Virus record (IMG/VR): IMGVR_UViG_3300021960_000018
Origin: a virus
Direction: 5' to 3' (one strand)
Length of the DNA: 64,000 bases
The translations under genes and the position numbers were made by a program. Positions 19,259 to 28,827 of this stretch are shown piece by piece. The notes under the pieces are model-generated. The model did no database searches, was not told the DNA's origin, and was given only the letters and a program-made list of their open reading frames with translations. Positions within the stretch are counted from its first letter, which is position 1, and every line of letters begins with the position of its first letter.

Positions 19259-19319
19259 GAAATACCTTTCGATTTCTTTGTCGGACGCGCGATCACGCCC
19301 CTGCTCCATATGTTAGTAT

Positions 19320-19327
19320 TATTTATA
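19320..19327 (-). promoter_or_regulatory. T4-type late promoter TATAAATA (fibre operon)
   Basis: Exact TATAAATA on the minus strand in the intergenic gap. Confidence 0.8.
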
Positions 19328-19339
19328 ATAATTTACATT

Positions 19340-19861
19340 TTAAAATTTTACTAATCCGGATTTATATTCAGGATTTTCAATTTTGGATGGATCGACAACG
19401 AAATAGTTATAGGTAAATCTTTGGCCTTTGCTAGTATAATCATGCCAAGTTACATCGTTCTTTCCGCAGAATACGAATAATCTGTTAGGCTTCCAGTCAA
19501 CTTCTGCTACAACCTCACCGTCTTTTTCTGCATAAATCCGAGTACCATTATTGTCTTCCCCCAGATATAATACCGCAGACATAATCTTGAATTCAGAATC
19601 GACGTGCATAGGATGCACAAAGTTGGCTTTAGTAGAAGTTAAATGTATAAACTTAGCTAGGTTATAATATCCTCTTTTTTCATTAAAGTAGTTCATGTAA
19701 TTCTTAATCTGCGGAGTTGGATCATGATCCAAGATATAGCGGTCTACATCTTTCGTACTATCTTTAAAAAGGGATTTACATTGATCCAACAAAGAGTTAT
19801 ATTGATCTTCCGGAAGAAAGTTATCGGTATAATAGTATTCCCACGGTTTATTAACTTTCAT
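19340..19861 (-). CDS. 2OG-Fe(II) oxygenase
   Basis: HVD...VLYL...GT...WKPNRLFVF...TWH...R facial-triad pattern. Confidence 0.82.
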   Translation of the reverse strand: MKVNKPWEYYYTDNFLPEDQYNSLLDQCKSLFKDSTKDVDRYILDHDPTPQIKNYMNYFNEKRGYYNLAKFIHLTSTKANFVHPMHVDSEFKIMSAVLYLGEDNNGTRIYAEKDGEVVAEVDWKPNRLFVFCGKNDVTWHDYTSKGQRFTYNYFVVDPSKIENPEYKSGLVKF

Positions 19862-19862
19862 T

Positions 19863-20879
19863 TTATTTATCCCTAGGATGATTTAACAGATAAGAATCCG
19901 TTGAGGGGCATTCTATTGAAAATCTAGATAAACGATCAAGATTGTCTATAATTTCTTTAATATGATCTGGGCTATTTGTATCTATCATACTAATGACTGG
20001 ATAATTGTAAAGTTTTCCATCCGGAAAAAGATGTTGTACTCTTCCACTATCAGATATTGTTCTACCATATAGATGATTTTTAATATCCATATATCTTTCA
20101 GATAAGTCCATAGTATCTGCAAACGGATTACGATAAAGAATAGAATGATCTTTTGCTGGTCTACCTATCCCAATAGTAGGAATACCTATGTGCGGCGCCA
20201 AAGAATAAAAAGAACCGGTATAAGAAAAATGTGCTTTTGCTTTTAAAAGAGTTCTATACACATCTTCATATTTTTGTGTATAATCTAGATATTTAATGTC
20301 TAAATTTTTTTCCGAAGCATAAGTCTCGATTGTATTAATACATTTTTTTATATTAATTCTATTCCAAGAAACTTTATTAGGATTTGCTTCGGGTTTTTGA
20401 AATGTGATATAGTTTTCTGTATTATTTTTATTCCATTGTTCTTTTGTCGGCCATAACCAAAACAGACTAAATGTTCCATCAATGTTAATATCCATCTCCT
20501 CACCGGTATAGACAGATATTCTCATTCCTATATTTGGAAGTTTAAAATTGTTAATCATCCAATAGATTCGATCCACAGATGATTCGCTATCTTTATGCCC
20601 ATAGATATTCCAAAAACAAGCGGGGGTTAATAATAAGACTATATTAACTATATCTGTCGATCGCATTAGTCCATCTTGCTGCATAAGATGCGCATCACAA
20701 AACATTTTTCCTATTTTAGATACTTGAGTTACCACTGTGTGGATAGAATGCCGATCAAATCTTACGATATAACTCTGGCCTAATTCTGCTCTTTTCCCAT
20801 CAGATTCACAATTAATATAAATGGTTTTTAAATGTTCAACATGCATATTGCCTAAAGTCCATATATTCGTCTGCTTCAC
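19863..20879 (-). CDS. putative GT-B glycosyltransferase-like protein (paralog of 27865..28827)
   Basis: LDYT...KAKAHFSYTGS..SLAPHIGIPTIGI resembles the GT9 C-terminal motif; true start probably ~20846. Confidence 0.45.
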   Translation of the reverse strand: MKQTNIWTLGNMHVEHLKTIYINCESDGKRAELGQSYIVRFDRHSIHTVVTQVSKIGKMFCDAHLMQQDGLMRSTDIVNIVLLLTPACFWNIYGHKDSESSVDRIYWMINNFKLPNIGMRISVYTGEEMDINIDGTFSLFWLWPTKEQWNKNNTENYITFQKPEANPNKVSWNRINIKKCINTIETYASEKNLDIKYLDYTQKYEDVYRTLLKAKAHFSYTGSFYSLAPHIGIPTIGIGRPAKDHSILYRNPFADTMDLSERYMDIKNHLYGRTISDSGRVQHLFPDGKLYNYPVISMIDTNSPDHIKEIIDNLDRLSRFSIECPSTDSYLLNHPRDK

Positions 20880-22404
20880 ATGCCCATTTACTCTTTTTAC
20901 GAGAGGCTACGTGTTCATCACCATATTGAGCAATGGGACTAGAAAAGAATTCCTCTTGGTATATTTTTTCGTATTTAGAAAGATCTTTTGCAGCGTCGAT
21001 CTCTGGCCACATACTTTCTTTAAAATATGCGTAATATTTAAATTTCTCAGTAAGATCCTGCATTTCATCCAACTGCAAATAGGGTTTCGGCATTCTCATA
21101 AATGGTAACCCCTGGAATCCCCCGTTGCTACCAATCTGATCCTCTTTAATAAATCCATGCTCTAGTGCTACTTTCCTTAGACCAGTACCATGATATGGAA
21201 CAAATAAAGAAACGCCCAATCCATCATATCCTCCGATATCTTTACAGAGTCTAGCAGTATCCATTACCATAGATCTGGTTTCTAGAGGTAAACCAATAAT
21301 AACATTCATACCATAAGGAATACCAGAAGCATTCATGATTTCTGCCTTTTTATAATATACTTCTTGTCTCACATTTCTTTTTAGATAATTAATACGATAA
21401 TACTCATTACCGCTTTCTAAACCGAACTGGATTCTTTCACAATGTCCCTCTTTCATTGCGGCAAGAATCTCTTCATCAATATCGTCAAATCTAGTATTAC
21501 ACCACCAGGGAATACCAGCATCTTTTAAAATATCTAAAAGAGGAAACAATTCCCTTTTTGGCCTAGCAGTAAACGAATCATCTAAGATAAACCAGAATTG
21601 AGGATTATTATCTTTAATAGTTCTTTCTATTTTTCTTTTAACAGAATCTAAAGAATCTCTTCTTACAAATTTTTTATCCATATCACGAGTAGTAGGAGAA
21701 TTGCAATATGTACAGCTATATGGACAGCCCCTATAAGTTTCTAATTGTAGTGTTCGTCTAACTTTTCCTCCTATAGGTCTATAGAATCTTTTTTCACTAA
21801 ACAATCTGTAATTAGTATAGTACTCGGACAAGTCTACTAGAGGCTGTGGAGGATTTTTTAATATTGTGCCATCTTCATTTTTAATCCACAATCCCTTTAC
21901 ATCCTGAATAGATTCGCCGCCCTTCATTTTACGAATAACATCTCTTACGACATATTCGCCCTCATATCGACACATAACTTTTACTAGTGGATTGGCAATA
22001 ACAAGATCAGGTGCATTAATAGGAAATACGCCGCCCACAATATGAGGAATATTTAGGTGGTTAACCGATTCTAACATTTTCATACCATCAAAGTAAGTAT
22101 CCTCGACGATGGATAATAGAATTAAGTCCGGTTTATATTCATTGACCTTTTTCACAAAATCAGGAATCATTTCTTGTGTAGGCTTTAACATTTCAAAGGC
22201 GTCTTCGTAATCAACCATAGCTCTACCGGCACCCAACTGTTCTTTACGAGTCTGGGCATCTGCAAAGCTTGCGTCATCATATGTTGATGTTTCGAATAGC
22301 TGAAATTCAACTTCTTCCCTGTCGCAAATATCAGTAAAGTATGCTACTGATAAAGGTGGACTTAGCATCATGGGAAGATTTGGATAAGCCATTAATATTT
22401 TCAT
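20836..22404 (-). CDS. B12-binding domain radical SAM protein
   Basis: N-terminal PPLSVAY...VGGVFP...EGE domain, then RGCPYSCTYC, DDSF, GLESG, IIGLP.ET, PYHGT. Confidence 0.88.
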   Translation of the reverse strand: MKILMAYPNLPMMLSPPLSVAYFTDICDREEVEFQLFETSTYDDASFADAQTRKEQLGAGRAMVDYEDAFEMLKPTQEMIPDFVKKVNEYKPDLILLSIVEDTYFDGMKMLESVNHLNIPHIVGGVFPINAPDLVIANPLVKVMCRYEGEYVVRDVIRKMKGGESIQDVKGLWIKNEDGTILKNPPQPLVDLSEYYTNYRLFSEKRFYRPIGGKVRRTLQLETYRGCPYSCTYCNSPTTRDMDKKFVRRDSLDSVKRKIERTIKDNNPQFWFILDDSFTARPKRELFPLLDILKDAGIPWWCNTRFDDIDEEILAAMKEGHCERIQFGLESGNEYYRINYLKRNVRQEVYYKKAEIMNASGIPYGMNVIIGLPLETRSMVMDTARLCKDIGGYDGLGVSLFVPYHGTGLRKVALEHGFIKEDQIGSNGGFQGLPFMRMPKPYLQLDEMQDLTEKFKYYAYFKESMWPEIDAAKDLSKYEKIYQEEFFSSPIAQYGDEHVASRKKSKWACEADEYMDFRQYAC

Positions 22405-23360
22405 ATTCTAAACTCTTTCATACTGAAAGCCCCTCCAGTTAATTTGTCATAACTTGTTTCAAAGTTAGACCAAACCAATGCTTCTGGCGCGTCATATAAC
22501 ATATCACAGTTTTTGCAAAAGTCGATTTCATCAAAGCGATGGTCTCTATGCATTTGTCTTAGCCATTGATATTTATCCCCGTTCCAAACCTCTTCTATGG
22601 TTTGATCTGATAAATGACCTAAGACGCCTTTGCTATCTTGTCCCAATACCATACAGCAAGGAACCACGGCACCTTGTTTACCATCATTCCCGCCCGCGCG
22701 AACAATTAGGTCAGGAGAAAATGGTCTACCGCAAGATCTTTTCTCTGGTTTCTTTCTCCAGTTAATCTCATCATACACCCCGGACCAATTGTGCATTTTC
22801 CAAATTGAAGACTTAATACCGGGAACATGATTAATCCAATTATTCTGATATTCCTGGGATTCAAACTCTGCTTGATTATTATCTAGTATAAGATGATAAG
22901 ATCCAATTTTACCTGCGCCTCCATATTCAATAGCGGCATTAGCGTTATCCATAACTTCATAAAAAGCGTCTTTGCTCATCCACTTGTGATAAAGTTCTGG
23001 ATTATAACCAGTAACAGAAATACGAGCGAAATGCAATCCTGCATCTACTACTCGTTTCATTAGATCATCTTTAAACCAAAAGCCATTCGTAATAAAACAC
23101 ATTCGGAATCCACGATCAGTACCAGCCTGAACATAATCGGCAAGTCTTTTATTCATAGTCGGCTCACCAGAACCTTCGAGATAGATTTCTTCTACCTCAC
23201 TATCTTTTAACTGATCGAGAGTATTACAAAACAAATCGAAGTTCATCATTCGTTTAAATGGGGATTCTCTACCACCCATTTCTAATGACTGTGGACAAAA
23301 CTTACATGAATAGTTGCATGATCCACATACTTCAATTACTGCCTTTTTAATCGGCAACAT
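22401..23360 (-). CDS. radical SAM/SPASM(twitch) protein
   Basis: CNYSCKFC, GSGEP, TNG; C-terminal CGRPF...VPCC...CKNC. Confidence 0.9.
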   Translation of the reverse strand: MLPIKKAVIEVCGSCNYSCKFCPQSLEMGGRESPFKRMMNFDLFCNTLDQLKDSEVEEIYLEGSGEPTMNKRLADYVQAGTDRGFRMCFITNGFWFKDDLMKRVVDAGLHFARISVTGYNPELYHKWMSKDAFYEVMDNANAAIEYGGAGKIGSYHLILDNNQAEFESQEYQNNWINHVPGIKSSIWKMHNWSGVYDEINWRKKPEKRSCGRPFSPDLIVRAGGNDGKQGAVVPCCMVLGQDSKGVLGHLSDQTIEEVWNGDKYQWLRQMHRDHRFDEIDFCKNCDMLYDAPEALVWSNFETSYDKLTGGAFSMKEFRI

Positions 23361-23370
23361 AGTGGGTTCC

Positions 23371-23490
23371 TTATTCGTCTAAATCGTCTTCGTAAATAAA
23401 ATTATAAGTTCGATCCGGTTCCTTTTTGCGGAATCTACTTAAAAACAGTAGGATTCTATATTTCCAAATTCTTAGTTTTTTTATTTTCAT
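23371..23490 (-). CDS. small basic protein ending ...NFIYEDDLDE (39 aa)
   Basis: Not in the track. ATG overlaps the TGA of 23487..24377; MKIKKLRIWKYRILLFLSRFRKKEPDRTYNFIYEDDLDE fills the gap. Confidence 0.65.
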   Translation of the reverse strand: MKIKKLRIWKYRILLFLSRFRKKEPDRTYNFIYEDDLDE

Positions 23491-24377
23491 AGAGTTGATC
23501 CTATATGTTTGATAAAATGTTCAGCCATAAATTCTTGACCTAATTTATTTGGGTGCCCATCCGTTGGCGATATAACATGTTTATCATGCTCATCCCAGTT
23601 CCAATTTGTTAAAACATGACCGCCAAAGGTTTCTATAAATGGCCATCCGATAATCTTAGAGTAATATTTAGGGTCTTGATCTATCTTTTTAAAATATGGA
23701 TTTTTTAAAAATTCTGTGTTAAAATTATCTCTGTCTACCATATAAGGATCTTTTAAATCGAAATTTCTGACTTGCGATATATATTTTGCATACCTAATTC
23801 CTTGGTATCTGTCAAAGCTGAATTTTCCGTCAACTGATGTTGGTGAAGGAAGTGTTACACCTGAAGCGTGGGGAGCAAACGCAAGACCCACTGTAATAGG
23901 AATATTTAAAAGTTCACAGGTATCTATTAATCTAATTAATAGTTTAAAGTTATAATCTATAAAGAGTCTGGTATCAAAATAAATTTGAAGACCCAAATCT
24001 ATGATATATCTTCTTATATTATAATCTTCAGCACTCTGATTAGGATCTGGATATCCGTTTTCCATTGAAAACTGAACAAATTGATCGTAGGACATTTGAT
24101 TCGAAGAAGAAAAAACTCTAAAATTTTCATCTTCTGGAAATTGCGCATAAAATCTATAAAATTCCGTCATTGCATATAATAAATGCTTGGGTTTATTATT
24201 TTTTTTCTTTATTAGAACATCTATAATTTTATCAAATTGGGAATCGTTAGCTCCTCCACCTACTCCCACATTATTAACTCTTATATTGTAATGTTTTCCT
24301 ACTAATGCGGGCCACACTGGAAAATCATATTGATCAGCCGTGAAACTGCAGCCTCCGCAAAGAATATAATCATTCAT
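23487..24377 (-). CDS. SGNH/GDSL-like hydrolase or acyltransferase
   Basis: GGCSFT, WP, NVGVGGGAN, C-terminal DGHPNxxG. Confidence 0.72.
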   Translation of the reverse strand: MNDYILCGGCSFTADQYDFPVWPALVGKHYNIRVNNVGVGGGANDSQFDKIIDVLIKKKNNKPKHLLYAMTEFYRFYAQFPEDENFRVFSSSNQMSYDQFVQFSMENGYPDPNQSAEDYNIRRYIIDLGLQIYFDTRLFIDYNFKLLIRLIDTCELLNIPITVGLAFAPHASGVTLPSPTSVDGKFSFDRYQGIRYAKYISQVRNFDLKDPYMVDRDNFNTEFLKNPYFKKIDQDPKYYSKIIGWPFIETFGGHVLTNWNWDEHDKHVISPTDGHPNKLGQEFMAEHFIKHIGSTL

Positions 24378-25308
24378 TTATTCTATCCCTATATTCTTTA
24401 AGAAAGTATTTTTTAATTAACATTTGACCATTTCCATTAGGATGCCTATCTAAAAGCGATATCCTATATGGTGTTGTTTCATAAGTATAATTATTATCTT
24501 TCTCTAAACGACTTATAATATGATCTAGATAATATCCCCCTAACTCTGGAAAAAATGGCCATCCGATTGGTCTATCTTCTCTATCATCTATATTATTAAA
24601 ATATTGATTACCCATTAAAGCTTTGTGAAAAAGTTTATAATTAAAAAGGTTCAAACCGTTGATTTTGCCTTCCGATTGTAATTTTTTAATATAATCTGGT
24701 ATTCTATTTTCAATTGCGTAAAATCCAGTAGGGGTTAACCCTTGCATTATAAAAAGAGGAATATTCATAGAATCACAAATCATATATAAGTATTCAACAG
24801 GTCTTAGATTAGAACTTATAATAGTTTCCGGCTTCATACTATGCCGGTTGGCTTCTATTTGATATTTTGTAAATGCAAGTTTTAGTTTTAAATGCTTTAT
24901 ATGATCACTTTCTTTAATAGAAGGATCATAATTTTCCATACCTTTAATAACATTTCTTAATTCTATTTGATCATGTGTTATCTTATTTTCCTCAATTTTT
25001 GCATAAAGTGATGTTAATTCATTAGTAGGGTTAAAATTTACTGCTCCTAAAATATGATGCCTATCCCAGCCAGATAGTAATACAAATACAGCTTTTGGTT
25101 TTTCTTTAGCTGCAAATAAATAATCTACTGTTTCCATGCAAATTCTATGATTACCATGGCCATTAGATCCCAAGTTGACTACATCACAATTTAAATCTAT
25201 CCCAAGAAGTTCTGGCCAAAATAAAAAATCAATTATAACATCTGGATCTACATAGGGTTTATAATTTTTATTAGTATAACTACACCCGTGAGCTAAAATA
25301 TAAGACAT
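24370..25308 (-). CDS. SGNH/GDSL-like hydrolase or acyltransferase
   Basis: HGCSYT, WP, NLGSNGHGN, DRHPNxxG; tandem paralog of the previous gene. Confidence 0.72.
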   Translation of the reverse strand: MSYILAHGCSYTNKNYKPYVDPDVIIDFLFWPELLGIDLNCDVVNLGSNGHGNHRICMETVDYLFAAKEKPKAVFVLLSGWDRHHILGAVNFNPTNELTSLYAKIEENKITHDQIELRNVIKGMENYDPSIKESDHIKHLKLKLAFTKYQIEANRHSMKPETIISSNLRPVEYLYMICDSMNIPLFIMQGLTPTGFYAIENRIPDYIKKLQSEGKINGLNLFNYKLFHKALMGNQYFNNIDDREDRPIGWPFFPELGGYYLDHIISRLEKDNNYTYETTPYRISLLDRHPNGNGQMLIKKYFLKEYRDRINE

Positions 25309-26624
25309 TAAAAAACCTTTACTTTATATTCTTTTTCGAAATCTTCTGCATCTTTCTCATTATTAACGATTGGCTGTCCTTTAATATTTAGGGATGTATT
25401 AAGTAACATAGGGCAGGATGTTTGTTCGTACCACTCTTCAAGAATAGGTCGCAATATAGATTTACAATCAGACTTTACTATTTGTACCCGCGCGGTACCG
25501 TCCACGTGCGTCACGCTCGCGTGATCGTGCTTTGCGATTGCGACGTATTGCATATATTCATTCATAGGACCTTCGAAATAGTCCTCAGCAAATTCTTCCA
25601 GGATCGCCGGCGCAAAGGGTCGAAATTTTTGTCGCCGCTTAATTTGATTAACCGTATCCTTAACATCTCGTCTAGGGTCAGCAAGCAAGCTACGATTGCC
25701 AAGGGCACGAGGGCCAAACTCACCACGACCATTTGCAATGCCACAATAAGAATGATCAATAAGATGTTGTACAACTTCTTTAACATTTACATTCCTCCTG
25801 ATATCATATCCTAGATATGGCCCTTGCCAATCTAGCATATGTCCATTAATTGCTGCTGCAGCACCCAACGATGATCCGGCATCACCGGGACATGGCATAA
25901 TCCACATATCCTTAAACATGGGTCGGATCTTAGAATTAGCCACGCAGTTTAAAGCCACACCGCCGCCATAGCAAAGATAGTCAGAATACTTTCTGGCTTT
26001 TTCCATAATGTGAAGAATCTCTTGTTCTACTCTTAACTGTGCGCTTGCAGCGAGATCTTCATAGTTATCTCCGAGATCTAAATCTCTCGCCCCTCTATGA
26101 CAATTCGAATCAAATACATGATATAAAGATTGTGTCGGCTTACCGAATGCAGCCATACCCATAAGGATATACTCATCCTCCATAGGTTTTAGTCCGACGT
26201 AATCTGTAATAGCACTGTAGAACAAACCAATAGATTTGGGGTATTTCATACTCCAAACCTTTTTCTTCTTCCACCAAATAGATGCCGTATCCCACTCGCC
26301 GATTGCGTCAATTATAACACAAACTGGTTCACTTGTAAATGGTCTAGTATAATAGGCTGCGGCTGCATGAGACCAATGATGTTCTACATAATGATCATGC
26401 TTAGGCATAGATTTCCATTTCTGCCCAGCATATAGTCTACGAAGATTCTTTTTAAATGGCTTTTCATAATATACTGACTCGCCTTTAATCTCCCAGTCTT
26501 CAATGCGATGTCTGTCGTTTTTCTTACGACTTATCCTTTCAGCATGTTCAGCAAATAGGATCTGATCATCCTCAATATATGCTATAGCCGCATCATGAAA
26601 TCCGTATGATAATCCAGTATACAT
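25308..26624 (-). CDS. O-carbamoyltransferase (NodU/CmcH/TobZ family)
   Basis: HDAA, ERISRKKND, EHHWSHAA, DAIGE, GGVALNC, GDAG, EFGPRALGNRS, FRPFAP, HVDGTAR, LNTSLN. Confidence 0.95.
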   Translation of the reverse strand: MYTGLSYGFHDAAIAYIEDDQILFAEHAERISRKKNDRHRIEDWEIKGESVYYEKPFKKNLRRLYAGQKWKSMPKHDHYVEHHWSHAAAAYYTRPFTSEPVCVIIDAIGEWDTASIWWKKKKVWSMKYPKSIGLFYSAITDYVGLKPMEDEYILMGMAAFGKPTQSLYHVFDSNCHRGARDLDLGDNYEDLAASAQLRVEQEILHIMEKARKYSDYLCYGGGVALNCVANSKIRPMFKDMWIMPCPGDAGSSLGAAAAINGHMLDWQGPYLGYDIRRNVNVKEVVQHLIDHSYCGIANGRGEFGPRALGNRSLLADPRRDVKDTVNQIKRRQKFRPFAPAILEEFAEDYFEGPMNEYMQYVAIAKHDHASVTHVDGTARVQIVKSDCKSILRPILEEWYEQTSCPMLLNTSLNIKGQPIVNNEKDAEDFEKEYKVKVF

Positions 26625-27868
26625 TACATAGCCATCGCGTCTTTTAAGTCGGGTTGGATATCAAAAATATTAGAACCTCTAACCTTATTTAAATTATTTG
26701 TATAATCTGTAAACGCTTGATAATAATTTCGTTTTTTCTCTTTGTCCCAATCGTTCATTTCTAATTCATAAGAGTTTAAATTAAGTAGGTTTTTAATTAT
26801 AGTCTTATATGGATAGTATCGTAATCCCTTTTCCGGATGAAAATATTTATCCTCAATAAATTTTTTTTCTGCTTGTCTCTCTGTATGTTTAACCTCGGTA
26901 TAAAAGTCTAAAATATATTCATCTAATATATCCTGACTTAGTAGTTTAGGAGAACCATAATAAGGAGATTCTATAATATTTTCGAAATTGATTTTAGTAA
27001 GATAAGGCTTATCTTTAAAATACTGATAGATTTCTTTTAACCTAAGTATATTCCAAACGGAGACAGTAACTTGAATAGCAAATTTCGCTTGCGTTTCTTT
27101 GTAATATCTTTCCATAGTTTTTACGGTAGTCTGAAAAGCCCCACCTCGAATCCAATCATAGGTTTCTCCGACCCCATCAATACTAACCGAAAGAGAAATT
27201 TTATTACCTTGTTTATGTAAGGCTTTCATAATATCCAGATTTTCTTTTGACATGGTGTGCATATTACTAACAATAGTTATCTTGCAATTTTTATTCACGC
27301 CGATTAAACTTTTTAGGATCTTTGTATTTGCTTTATCCGCAAATGGTTCACCGCCTTTAATCATTAGGACTTCTAAGTCAGGAATAACTTTTAATACTTT
27401 TTCTAAGTCATGATCAGATATTTTATTTAGAGCATTAGGATCGAGAGGCGTACCGAGCACCTGCTCATGAATTTTATGCCACATTGAACTAAAATAACTG
27501 TTGCACATCGCACAACTAAGATTACAGATATTACTAGTGGTAACTTCTAAAAATCTAAATTTTAGATTATCTCTATAATATTCGTAAGGTTTATCTAATT
27601 GGGTTTCAAACCAATGTACATTCGACTCTCTGTTTAGTTTTTTATCGCGTATGCATCCATAGCATTCAGTGATATTATCCCAGCCCTTATCATTATTAAT
27701 CTCTCTATAATTTTTATATTTTTCATCTAGGAAAAAATCCTTAATTGAACTAATATCAGATAATTTAGTGCCGACCCTTCTTGAATTACAGCACAACGCA
27801 ATCTCACCTTTAGGATCTAATGTAAATCCAACAACAGGCGCAATACATGATTTAGGATATACTTTCAT
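26624..27868 (-). CDS. radical SAM protein with N-terminal twitch/SPASM-like domain
   Basis: N-terminal CIAP...LCC...CYGC; CNLSCAMC; GGEP; SIDG. Confidence 0.87.
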   Translation of the reverse strand: MKVYPKSCIAPVVGFTLDPKGEIALCCNSRRVGTKLSDISSIKDFFLDEKYKNYREINNDKGWDNITECYGCIRDKKLNRESNVHWFETQLDKPYEYYRDNLKFRFLEVTTSNICNLSCAMCNSYFSSMWHKIHEQVLGTPLDPNALNKISDHDLEKVLKVIPDLEVLMIKGGEPFADKANTKILKSLIGVNKNCKITIVSNMHTMSKENLDIMKALHKQGNKISLSVSIDGVGETYDWIRGGAFQTTVKTMERYYKETQAKFAIQVTVSVWNILRLKEIYQYFKDKPYLTKINFENIIESPYYGSPKLLSQDILDEYILDFYTEVKHTERQAEKKFIEDKYFHPEKGLRYYPYKTIIKNLLNLNSYELEMNDWDKEKKRNYYQAFTDYTNNLNKVRGSNIFDIQPDLKDAMAM

Positions 27869-28827
27869 AAGTTTTCCAATGCTTCAGGTAAGGTTATTTC
27901 ATACTCATCTGCATGAATATCTATTTGGTATCTGATAGGGTCTTGTACTATTCTTTTCCATTCTTGATGATATCTAATTAAATGGCCATATTCAGGATAA
28001 GATACGAATCCAATAGCATGATCTGGAAGTCTTTCGTAAGTTCCACCAGGAATTCTATTAATTTTATCGCGGCTAAGCTCGGTCTTGCCAATATCCCTAT
28101 GAATATCTAGATAATTAAACCGTCTTCCAATGTATAGAGTTTTAGTGCCACAAATAGCGGGGATATAACTAGTTGCACCAAGATATCCTATATGGGCCTT
28201 TGCTCCAAGCATAAAATTATATACTTCGTCGATTGGACTCGTATAATCTACATTGATTATTTCAATGTTATTATATGAAGCCCATTCTTTAACAATTTCA
28301 ACTTGTTCCCTGATTTTAATGCGGTGTGGCGATTCTCGATCATTATATTGCCATCTTTCACTATGAGGTTGCAATGTAATATAATTACTTTTTTTGCCTA
28401 CTTCCGGATCCCACTGTTTTTTTGTATGCCACAAAGTATTTGCTATCCATGGGGTATCAAAACATCCATCATTCCAATATGATGAACTAATATAAACAGA
28501 AATAATAGCCCCATTGGGAGGATCTGCAAAATTTTCTAAAAACCAAATAATTCTATGATAGATTTCTTCAGAATCTCCTTCTTTAAATTTTCCATAAGCC
28601 TTTACGGGAAGTATTACCGATAATCTTAAAGGGCCCTTATAAAAACCATCTTCATGCATAACTTGCGCCATGCAAAAGTAATATGATAATAGAAAAATAA
28701 TATTTGCATAAGGTCCCACATCCTGTCTACTAAATCTACAAATTTGACCAGCACCGATTTCCACAATTTCGTTGCTATCTTTTATTCCTTTATAAATTGT
28801 TTTGATATAATGCGTGAACTCATTCAT
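27865..28827 (-). CDS. putative GT-B glycosyltransferase-like protein (paralog of 19863..20879)
   Basis: VDYT...GAKAHIGYLGA..YIPAICG; start MNEF at 28827 gives an ATGA overlap (track start 28854). Confidence 0.45.
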   Translation of the reverse strand: MNEFTHYIKTIYKGIKDSNEIVEIGAGQICRFSRQDVGPYANIIFLLSYYFCMAQVMHEDGFYKGPLRLSVILPVKAYGKFKEGDSEEIYHRIIWFLENFADPPNGAIISVYISSSYWNDGCFDTPWIANTLWHTKKQWDPEVGKKSNYITLQPHSERWQYNDRESPHRIKIREQVEIVKEWASYNNIEIINVDYTSPIDEVYNFMLGAKAHIGYLGATSYIPAICGTKTLYIGRRFNYLDIHRDIGKTELSRDKINRIPGGTYERLPDHAIGFVSYPEYGHLIRYHQEWKRIVQDPIRYQIDIHADEYEITLPEALENL

